This document shows positions 1-14,103 of a stretch of 64,000 nt of DNA, in pieces (within the stretch, counting starts at the first letter, position 1; each line of letters opens with the position of its first letter). The DNA is taken from positions 1 to 64,000 of the forward strand of contig JADIIX010000055.1 in NCBI GenBank assembly GCA_027604505.1, in the 5' to 3' direction. The notes under the pieces were generated by a model. The model did not search any database, was not told the origin of the DNA, and saw only the letters and a program-made list of their open reading frames with translations. Both the position numbers and the translations under genes were made by a program. Source of the stretch: Gonapodya sp. JEL0774. Lineage: Eukaryota.

Positions 1-103
1 CGCCGCCCGGCCCGGGCGGGCGGCCTGGCCGCTCGGGGGGGGGGCGGGCCGGCGCCGCGGGCGGGGCGCGCCCCGCCCGGGGGGCGGGGGGGCGGGGGGC
101 CGC
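1..103. other. Almost pure G/C low-complexity tract with multiple G-runs
   Basis: No A and only 2 T in the first ~100 nt; G-runs of up to 10. Confidence 0.7.
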
Positions 104-959
104 GATTACGGGCGAGGCAAGCGAACCAACGGAGAGATGTGAGATCAACCCCGTTGTGTAAAGGTGAGGGTGATGCAAGCGAGCGCAACGGCTGAAATTT
201 ATCCTTCGTGTGTGGGAGGCTTGACGGGTGACGAGTGACGGGGTGACGGGGTGAGGGGCGCGCGGGAACGGTGTGGCGGTTGTGGTATCCGGTGTTCCCA
301 CACTCGCACACCAACACACGCCTGGCGCCTGTGGTCCTCACACTACACCACAACCCACACCGCCCTTCCCTCTCGCCGTCCCAGTCCGCCTCCCCGTCCC
401 CGCGTCTGTCCCACGTGCGTGCACGCAGGCATCTTTCCCTACTCTCCATAGTGGTTTTTGTTCCCGTTGCAGTTCCCGTTCCTCCTCCTCCCGCGCTCGC
501 GGAAACCCCGTGGGTAGTACGGAGTCCGCCACACCCCTCGACGGCACGCGGTGGCCTGTGGCCGATGGTCAGGTCCGGTCGGCGGTCCGCGGTAGGCTCC
601 GAGGTCATATATGTACACGGTACCGTGATGTGGACGTGGCGGGGGGTGCACACCACACCACGCATGAGGGGTGGGGGGCGGCGCGGATCGGTGGGGCAGG
701 TTGCGCAGGCAAGTGGCAAGGCGGGCCAGTGATCGGTCACACGCCCGCTATCTCTCGCTCTCCCACGCAGCGTCCGACACTGCGATCCTTCCCCAATCCC
801 CCAGCTCCCACCTCCTTTCGGCCACACGCCCGCTCTCTCTCTCTCTCGCTCTCCCGCGCTGCGCGGACCTCCCCAATCCCACAACACCCCAAACCCCCAC
901 GACCCCCACGACACCCCCCCGACACCCCCCCGACCCCCCAACCCCCCACCTCAACCCAC

Positions 960-2282
960 GTATAATCACCACACTCCCCACCACACACAAAACACAGCCC
1001 ACGACACCCTCTATCCCGAGCCGCTCGTCGAGGAAGATGGAGGCCAGGACGGCGCCGACGATGACGGAGAGGGCGCCTTGGGGGGTGGAGGGCGGGGAGA
1101 GGGTAAGGTGAGAGAGGCACCAGAGGAGGGGTTTGGGGGAGGTTCACCGAGACCCAAATAAGCGGTCACAAGTCAACCAGTCAACCAGTCACCCGTCGCT
1201 CGTGGCTCGTGGCTCGTGGCTCTGGGCGAGCATTCGACTATTTTTTCCTGTTCCCGGCGTATACGATGCCCTACACTACACGCTAGCGGCCACGGGGCGG
1301 TGGGGTTCTAGCTGGAGTGGGTGTGAATGCGACACCCACCCGACGGCCGAAATGCATACGCATACCCGAGGCACACCCGACAACACCCGACACTGGAGTC
1401 CGGACACAGTGACTGCTGCGGGCGCCGACCGGGTCTTGGCTCTTCTCCACGATTAACAGAGGGCCCGGCCTGACTGGCCAGCTCTCTTCGACTGTGCCAG
1501 TCTCCCACCGACTTGGTCCACTCGTCCACTCGTCCACTCGATCAATTGGTCCATACGGTCCATCCGGCTTATATAGAGCGCACTCGCTCCATACGGTCCA
1601 TGAATCCAAAAGGTTTAATGGTCCATATGGTCCATCCATAGGGATGCACCATATAGACGGACCATATGGACCGTTCTCTCTATCGGCTGGGTAAGCCGAA
1701 CCATCTCGCTAACGCTCGCGCGATTTCGGCCCATATGGACCGCTTTCTCTCTCACGGCGGGTCAAGCCCACTCAAAGATCCATATGGTCAATCTGTCTGG
1801 GGCGGACGCCAATTGGTCCCTATGGGCCTTCAGTACATATGGCCCCCATATGGACCGCTCTGTCTCTCACCGGCGGGGCAAGCCCGCATCATCTCGCTGA
1901 CGCTCGCGCTCAACTCACCGAGAGGAGTGACCAAGACGGCGGGTGCAAAAGAGTAAGCAGCGAAATTTGCGAGCTCGCCGACGATCATTGTGGCCATTCC
2001 AGACCACCAAAGTGCGTTTGAGAGGTAGGAGTAGGAGTCGGCAGCGGAGAGTGTTGAGGAGGCGGAGGCGGAGGAAGAGGAAGAGGAAGAGAGGTTCGAA
2101 GGGGTGCGGTGGGTGGCGGGTTGGAGGTGGGAGTGGGAGTGGGAGTTGTGCGGGTGGAGGGAGTGGGTGGACGCTTCGAGGTTTGCCGCCTGGAGTCCCT
2201 TCTTAGTGATGATGAAAGAAGAGCCGATGAGAGCAGACGAAGACATCGCCAGGACAAGCCCGATTGTCTTGTCGTCCACCAT
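960..2282 (-). CDS. NIPA-family magnesium transporter, 5' part (exons ~2282-1919 and ~1077-960; later exons not found, probably beyond window start)
   Basis: IGLVLAMSSSALIGSSFIITKKGL and YLSNALWWSGMATMIVGELANFAAYSFAPAVLVTPLG, then after a gtgagt intron ALSVIVGAVLASIFLDERLGIEGVVGCVLCVVGSVVII; classic NIPA motifs. Confidence 0.9.
1548..1908. repeat. Cluster of ~10 degenerate palindromic CCATAYGG motifs with a central 24-bp inverted repeat and ~60-bp degenerate direct repeats, intronic
   Basis: Cores near 1551, 1589, 1623, 1662, 1731, 1780, 1846; arms 1617-1640 and 1652-1675 are reverse complements with 3 mismatches; 1662-1720 resembles 1846-1908. Confidence 0.8.
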
Positions 2283-3558
2283 CGCTGTGTGCTGGGGTGA
2301 TGTCTTGGTGTGTGTGGTCGAGTGTGGTATGGTGCGTGTAGAGGGGTGTTGTAGAGGGGTGTGGTCGTGGGGGGGTGGTGAATGGGGGGATGCCTGGGGG
2401 TGTCTGGGGGTGTCTTGGTGCGGCTGCTATCGCGTGCCCCTGCTCAACCAACCCACTCACCCACTCCTCCCCGCTCGCTCTGTTCCTCAACTCTTCGCTC
2501 GCTCTCCTCTGCAAACTCTCTCCTTGTTGTCCGCCTCTCGACGACTGTCCTCGCTGTCTCCTAGTCCCAACTCCAACCCCCGTGGTGGGGCTGCTGCTGA
2601 TGCTGATGCTGCTTCTCCTTTCTCCTTCGCTCCTGTCGTTCTTTCAATCTTTCGATCCCTCGCTCTACGCTTGTCTGCCCGTGTTGCCTGCGCGTTGCCG
2701 CTCCATCCGTTCCTCCCGTCTGTGTCCGTGTCAGCCACAGTCAGTCAAAACCTGGCAGCCCTACTGTGGTCGTCCTCAAACCCCCAAACCCACGTGCTCT
2801 TGTTCCCGAATCTCACCATTGTGTCTCCCTCTGCTCTCTCTGGGTAAGCCAAATTACAGTATCCAAATGTTTGTTTCCATCAGCTACAACATTGCATACA
2901 TCACTGGGTCTGCACTCTGCCGGTCTGGGCCTCGGGCGTGCCATGTGTCCTGTCACCTGTGACCCCTTTCCTTTTCCCACATTCTGTTGAGCAAAATGAT
3001 ATGTACATTTGATTGAACAATTAAATTACGGTATTGGGCTGGTAGTCAAAAGTGTCCTGATTGTCCCAGTGTGGTTGTGCACTCTGCACTTGTGCTGTAC
3101 GCTGGATAAAAACAGGATTGACTGTCCAAGTAAGCCATAAGTTCAAATGATTGTTCAAGACAATTTCTCTCTTTCTTGGGAGACAGATGAATCTCTTGTA
3201 TCCTGTGGATTCCTACGTTGACCGTCCTAGTGCACGTGGCACGCGACGTCTATTGAACAAGAGAATGGAGAACTGGAAGCGCATCTACCCAGATGCCACC
3301 TAGATCCTCCACACATATCAAGGTAGATAGAATCTCCTCTTCCACTCTATGAGTTAGGTAATTAGTCAACTGTGAAAGAAGGAGGCAGGAGAGGATCGGG
3401 GAAAAATTAATCTGTATGGAAAAATTCATTTGAGAATACATATGTGATCCTGACCTTGTGATGGGGATTCTGTTGAGAGGAAGGTCTGATTATCTTTATG
3501 TGGTCGGGGTGCTGTGGGCCGTACACTTGGATTTTCCCCATTGACCAATTTCCACCTG

Positions 3559-6500
3559 ATGCGGCTGTCGGCTGCGCTGGCAGCGTACGCACAGAACGGA
3601 AAAGCGACTGCAGACAATGAAATTCACGAGGAGTCTGGCGATGTCGTGGACTCGCTGAACCCGCCGAATCCACCGGCATCTGCACCTTCTGCACCACCAC
3701 CTCAACCTTTGGCAGCACCACCGGGACTCCAGTCAGTCGCCAACTCTCAGCCAAGCTCAGCCACAGCCTCAGCCACACAACTCCCGCGTTTTTATTTCCC
3801 AAAACCAGCGTATTCAATCAACGCACTCAACCCAAAGTTCCCTCACATCCCCCTCATTCTTTCGGACGCTGCCGCTCGTGCAACCCGCGCTTCTTTTCTC
3901 AGACGAAAAATTAAAGAAGTTCTCGACTCCGACGACTTTAATCTGCTCTGGAACGAACTGTCGCGGCAGGCTGCCGCGGTGGGTTCGACTGCGAGTGTTG
4001 GGGGTGCAGGTCGTGCCGGTACAGGCACCAAGTCGGCAGCGTCACCGTCACCCGTGGAGACGGTGGTCACAGTGACATCTCCTGGACGGGATAGGAATGG
4101 GGCCGGGGACGGGGACGGGGACACACGGCCCCCCTCCTCTACTCCTCCTCCCCCCGGTCCCTCCCCGACACCGACCCAACGACCACCCACCCAGCACACC
4201 CCCCGCACTCGCTCCACAGAGACCCATCCTGCCGCCCCATCCCCGTCCCCGTCACCCTCCGCGTCACCTTCACCTTCTCCGTCCCCCCGTGCCTCCTCCC
4301 CAGCCCTTAACCTCGACGACCACGATCACCACGATGACACCATGGTGGTGGACAGAGACGGCACCCCGACGCCGACACCCAGGGACAGGGACCGGGGGAC
4401 CCTCCACCACCGAGACGGTGACGGGGGTGGGGACGGCCACCCGGGGGGTGTCGGAGGAGACGAGGACGGCGGTGTCGAGGGCGGCGACGGAGAGGGAGAA
4501 GCAGAGGGGGAGGCGGACGGAGAAGGGGACACAGAGGGAGATGCCGAGGGAGATGCAGACGGGGGCCAGCAGGCGGCAGAGGAAGAGCAGGTGGGTCTCC
4601 ACACCACATCGACGTCCCTGAGCGTCCACGCACATCGCACCGCGCCTTTTGGGGAAAGTGAACGCGCGTGGTCCCCCCCCCCCTCCAGCGCATCTCCTAC
4701 CCCACCTTCCTCTCCATCGCCCGCACCCTGTCCACCCACTCGACCAAGTTCGCCCCCTTTTTCAAACCCAGCGTCTTTTACAAGCTCGCGGACAGTGAAG
4801 GGAAAGTTGGGATCACGCTGTTCAGCAGTTATGTGCTCAGGAGGGGTGAGTCTGGGGAGAGGGTTGCAGGAGTAACGGGGCTGGGCGGGGAGGGGGAAAC
4901 GAGATTGGCGCCCGTGCGACGCGGAGTGTGACACTGGACCTTGCTGATGAAGATTCGTACCAATGTCCCCCGCGACCCACACTCGGCGCTGTTTTCCAAC
5001 CCCACGTCGGGTCGTAGGTGCACCTGCGGTGGCGGTGGCGGTGGCGGGGTGGGCGTCCGGGTTTGCTTGCCGCGAGGAGCACCCCGTGGGAGATTATCCC
5101 GGGGACGCGTGAGCTGTCGGTTTCAGTGGTCCGCTCGGGCTAGAGCGCATCTCATCGTCATTTTTTTCCCCCTACCCCCACCCCCCCTCTGGTTTCTGCC
5201 TCACGCACCGTCGTCACCCATTGGACTTGCCACCACACTCTTGTTCCCCCCATGGCACCTTTCCCCCACCCCCCCCCTCCCCCCACACCCCGTGTGCTGA
5301 AAACCGTGGGGAAACCTGCGTCCCCACCTGTGGACGCCCCCATCCAGCCTTGCTGTTGCAGGCACGGATAGATTTTAGCCTGTACGATACGGACGATGAC
5401 GGGTACTTGACCGAGGAGGTGAGTCTGGTTGGGGAGGAGCGGGGCGCCTGTGGTGTGTGCGGTGTTCCTTCCCATTCCCCCCTCCGTCAAATTCACTACC
5501 CCAACACCACCTCGGCCACAAGCAACTCGAAAAGTACGTCACCGACGTGCTCCCTACCTTTCCGCAACTGCAGGGCGTTCCCAAGGGCCTCACGAGATTC
5601 TACGTGTGTTCGGCCGTGCGCAAGTTCTTCTACTTCTTGGATCCCATGAGGAGAGGTGAGCGTTGGTGCTGTGACGGGGGTACGGAATGGGTGCTGGCGG
5701 GACGGGCCAACTCGTCGGATGTGCGCTCGAGTTCATGCTATGTCCGTGTCCGCGATGTTGACCCACCACCACCACCACCACCAGGCCGGATCAGCATCAA
5801 AGACATGCTTCTGTCGCCTATCCTGACCGAATTCTTCGAGCTGCGAGAGCCGGAGCTGTCCAAGGAGTTTTTGCAGACCAATTGGTTCAGCACGCAGAGT
5901 ATCTTGAAAGTGTACGGTGAGTTCAGGGATGCCATCGGGCCAGGGCGAGGTCGGATTCCCTTGGTCGCGAAAATGCACCTGGATGTCGTTTCGACTCGAC
6001 CAATTCCTTGAACCGAAGTCGATTCACTCGCGTAACTTATGTTGACCCCCAATGAAACAAACTCATTCTTTGCCGTTTGACTCCATGTAGGCCAATACGT
6101 TGCCCTCGATACAGACCAGAACGGCATGTTGAGCCGGACGGAGATGAGCAGGTACTGCAACGGAACCATGACAGAGGCGTTTTTGGATCGGGTGTTCCAA
6201 GGTGAGAAAAGGAGCAAGGGACTTGTGTGTGCTGATACGGACCAATGGCCCTGACGGTGCGTCCTTTCGTGACCCCCCTGTGCGCGATGGCCAACCAAGA
6301 GTTCCAAACGTACTCCGGTGAAATGGATTTCAAGACCTTTTTGGACTTTGTACTCACCATGGAGAATGTGCAGACGCCGGAAGCTCTCACGGTCATGTTT
6401 CGGTTGTTGGACATCAATGCGACTGGATATCTGGACGATTTTGTTGTCTGGTTTTTCTTCAAGGTGTGTGATCTATCATGATACGTGATGAGTGTTCGGT

Positions 6501-6738
6501 TTCTCACACCAACTGACATTTCGGCCAGGCCGTCGCGCACAAACTCGCTGCGTTTGGACAGGCCCACCCCCCCATCCCGGACGTTGTCAACGAAGTGTTT
6601 GACATGGTGAACCCCGTGCAGTACCGCTGCATCACGTTGAAGGACTTGACACGATCCGGTGTTGGTGGTACGGTGGTGAACATTCTGGCGGACGCGCAGG
6701 CGTTTTGGCAATATGAGAATAGAGAGAGTATGGGGTGA
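3559..6738 (+). CDS. PPP2R3C: PP2A regulatory subunit B'' gamma (PPP2R3C-like, EF-hand), multi-exon
   Basis: LPRFYFPKP, FSLYDTDDDGYLTEE, FYVCSAVRKFFYFLDPMRRGRISIKDML, TNWFSTQSILKVYGQYVALDTDQNGMLS, EMDFKTFLDFVLTMEN, EVFDMVNP...FWQYENRE; start codon uncertain. Confidence 0.88.
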
Positions 6739-7330
6739 ATGCAGTTGGTAGATTGTGGTGCCGGGCAATGATGTTCACTTTCTTTATTTGAGTAATTTGA
6801 ACTAGTTGGACCCGTGGGGCGCCATACCGGGACGGGGGCACCAACACGTCGCGTTATCCCCGAGTGCCAAATCACCCTCGGAATCCCTTCAACAATGTTA
6901 CTCAAAATGCACCACTGGTCCGTCACTCACTCAGTATCCGTATGACCAAGTGGCTCCGGTTTTTGCCGCTCCAATGGCGGGAACAAAATTGTCGTCAACA
7001 ATGTGATGATTAGTGACGGCGAGAATTCGGTTGGCAGCATGAAAAGTAATAGCGAGAGTTGGGAAACAGGTTCAAATTCTTTGGGTGGTTTTTCCACCTT
7101 CCCACCACTGCTGAGTTGGTCTGCTGAGTCATGGTGGGCGATTGCCAGTGCGGGGAAAAGAAATATGTATCGATCTTTTCATTCTCACCTCGCACGCGCT
7201 CCACTTCTCCGCGGAAGGAAGCGCGCGGTATCCTCCGCGGGAGGAATCGCGAATCTCAAGTTTATCGCACCACTTCGTTCCCTCTCGCTCTCCCTCGTGT
7301 CCCCGGTGAAACTTGCCAACGTTGTCCGCG

Positions 7331-8825
7331 ATGGATGGCTCCACTGGTCGCAGGACGATGGCGACAGTCAAGACACAATCGGTTAGAAGTGTGGACGTTT
7401 CTTCCAAAGAGGAGTTCGAGGAGCTGTTGACGGGGTCGGAAGTACGCGTCGACCTGGCAAAGTTGAGGGAAGTGAGTTTGCGTTTGGAGAGGAAGCTAAG
7501 GGGTATTGCTATACAATGAGAACCAGAGTTGAACCTCTTTCTGCTTGATGTTGGCTGTGTGCTTCAAGAGCTCGCGGTATGGGGTTCCGGAAGAGTGTAG
7601 ATCGGAAGTGTGGCTCTATCTCTTGGGCATCAAGCAGCCCGAGAAATGTGAGTGGCTCGGAAAACACAGTTATGTAATAGCTGAAATATGACTCTTATTT
7701 ATGCCGCTCTTGTAATCCTCTGCTTTGCATCGTTCCGTGTGCTTCGGATTCTTCTTGTAGGGTACTCCCCGCCTACCGACCAGCGGCCATCGGATCCCCT
7801 GAACCTATCCAACGCATATCCTGGCTCTCCTTTTACTCTCGGGTATTCCCCGTCTTCGTCCTCCACCTCCTCAGACAACCATGATATTATTAAACGTGTC
7901 CGTGGTGAAGTCGCCCGTTACGTCCGCGCGAGGGGGAAATCGTTCCCAAATCAAATCCAAGCACAATTGCCCGAGACGCTCGAGGCAATCGTGGTGAGGT
8001 ATTTGGCAGGGAACAGGGCGAGGACCGTGGAGTCTTCTTTGGTGTACGTGTGCGGGGTGTTTGTGTATACAATGGGTGATATGAGGGAAGCGTCGGCGGC
8101 GTTCGAAAAGATGATGGGGATGGCTGGTGAGTAGTGGAGTGGTACGAAAGCTCGACCATGCTCAGATTTGTGTCCTGTTTCCTCACCACTGTATGACTCA
8201 CTCTCTGGACAGACGACTATTTCCAGAAACGGGACGTCAAGACTCGGATAGCAGAGTTTCACATGCTATGTCGCGCGCTGTTTCCCGACCTGTACTCCCA
8301 CCTGGAAGATGAGGAAGTCGACTTTGCCGAATGGGGTCGCTCATGGTTCCAATTTTTCCTAAGTAAAGAGCTGCCACTGGAATGTGTGGCACGATTATGG
8401 GGTGGGTTGACCATCCACTTTCTGTCTCCGCCCCGTTGTTGGGTTCTATCGTAACACTGTGTGTACCCCGGTACCCGCTCTCCTGCACCCAGACACCTAC
8501 TTTTCTGTTGATGCAGGCCTCGACCTACATGTCTACGCATGTTTGGCGATTTTAAAGCTTTGTAGGGACTCACTCGAGGAGCTTGAAAGTTCTGATGTGC
8601 GGGCGCATTTGTTACGATTGCCTGCACTGGATATGGATAGGGTGGGTAAGATTTTAGTCCTCTGCGACCCAGATATTGCATGAGTTTTAACGAGTCTTGT
8701 TCGTTCTCTCTGTGGTGGGTATCGTGCTATTTGCATTTGTTGTACGGTTCTGGCAAAAGGTTGTAGGCGAAGCGTACAATTTGAGAGAGGAGCTAATTGC
8801 AAAAGAGTATATTAGTCGTGAGTAG
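7331..8825 (+). CDS. TBC (Rab-GAP) domain protein, multi-exon
   Basis: VDLAKLRE, YGVPEECRSEVWLYLLG, LFPDLYSHLEDEEVDFAEWGRSWFQFFLSKELPLECVARLW-DTYF, LHVYACLAILKLCRDSL. Confidence 0.82.
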
Positions 8826-9016
8826 CAACGCTTGTAAACGCATCACATAACATAATAAGTTGCGAACTCGTAATAATATTTATTAAAATCCATTTGGTGT
8901 GCAAGGGGTCCGAGGTGCCAACCCGTTCCAAACAATTATTCACATTTCGACTTGATTCGAGAGTTTTTGGTCTCCAAACCCGTCAAAACATCGAAACCCC
9001 ATCAATTCTGATCGCT

Positions 9017-12786
<3,770 letters not shown>

Positions 12787-13120
12787 TTAAATTCAGAAGC
12801 AATGCAACATTTGAACATTCTGGTATTCTGTAACCCATTTTCAAACAACCACGCAATATCTTTTTATTCTTCTTTCGTGTTCTCGTCCATAAGTAAACCA
12901 TGACGCTCGCTTCTTCCTGACAGTCTTTGAAAGCAAATGGGGGGGGACAAAGTGTAATGAAGCTATACGTCCCAGTTCCGCCAAGCTCCTATGTGATATT
13001 CATGTGTTATGAAAATACATGGCTGTGTCGGTATTGATTGATCTATGCAAATAATGTGTGTGATTTGGGGCAGCTGCGACAACTTATTCTACAAATGTTC
13101 TCCAAAGATCGGAATGTGGT

Positions 13121-13890
13121 TCAAGCGTAATATTCATCCTCTTCGATTTGCTTGTAGTCACCAGGATAAACCTGCTGGGAACCACGATCAATGTTCTTGT
13201 ACACTCTGGACAAGTGAATTGCTGCGGCTATCGTGAGCACTTGGAAAACCAGCGATCCTATCAAGGCGCCATACGCTACGTAGAGTTGAGACGTTAATAA
13301 GGTCGTTATGGCACTGTAGCACGTTGACAGATCGGAGCACGAAAACTTGATTGGTGGTGGCGAGGACAGATGAAGTGTGAGCCAGGAAAACGACGCAACC
13401 CCTCTGCTCGACAAACCTGAGTGTATACCCATTGTAAGGTGGTTGAATCAAACTGGTTCCAGTAAGGTGATAAGAACGAAATTCCTTGGGTGACCAAGCT
13501 CTGAAACGTGCTGCACAGGACCACGAGCGCAATTTCCACCACGAGGAAGAGTGATAGGGCGACAGCATACGCAATGAGGCTGCTGCGAGATCGCTGAATC
13601 CCACCAATAGCCCCCAACATCGATATGGCAAATATGATGGCGCCAATGATGATAATTCCTGTACGGACAATGGAGGACGTAAGTAGGTGTGACGCGATTC
13701 CAGAGTGATCTCCTCCATCCCGCCAAACCAAGTATTCACCGATAGGAGTGGACAATCCCATGTTTCTTATTACAGGGATTACACCTGCGATGAGCGCGAT
13801 ACCGAATCCAATGACCGCGATGCCGAGAACGCAGAACACGACGTTCACGAACGCAAGAAATGCGCGGGATGCTTTGACCCAGAAGGCCAT
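13121..13890 (-). CDS. Tetraspanin-like four-TM protein (3 exons)
   Basis: FLAFVNVVFCVLGIAVIGFG; IIIIGAIIFAISMLGAIGGIQRSRSSLIAYAVALSLFLVVEIA (tetraspanin TM2-TM3 pattern); fourth TM near the C-terminus. Confidence 0.75.
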
Positions 13891-14103
13891 CTTGCGATTT
13901 AACACAATTGATTGATGGATAGAATGGATCTGGTGTTGAACAACACGTGTGCGGATAATCGGAAGAGAACGCAGATGGGTTGTGATTGTCCGTCCGATCA
14001 GGTATACAGTGTGAAGATCACAGGCCTCCAGCAAATGAACTGAATAAGGACGGAAAATTACCGAACGCGTTAATATGTATTGCCAGGGCAAAACTTTAAA
14101 TAT

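Noticed and set aside
251..960. Overlapping Pro/Arg-rich ORFs
   Set aside because: GC-rich low-complexity sequence with no recognisable domain; probably NIPA intron
1548..1860. CRISPR-like array
   Set aside because: Repeats are short, degenerate, irregularly spaced and mixed in orientation; eukaryotic context; no cas genes
1283..1956. ORFs on both strands with GPYGP repeats
   Set aside because: Translation artefact of the palindromic GGWCCATAYGGWCC DNA repeat inside an intron
7331..8825. Calling the TBC gene Bub2/Cdc16, forming a SIN cluster with Nud1
   Set aside because: Bub2-specific motifs (IRNDTFRT, YVQGMN) are absent and the genes are 26 kb apart
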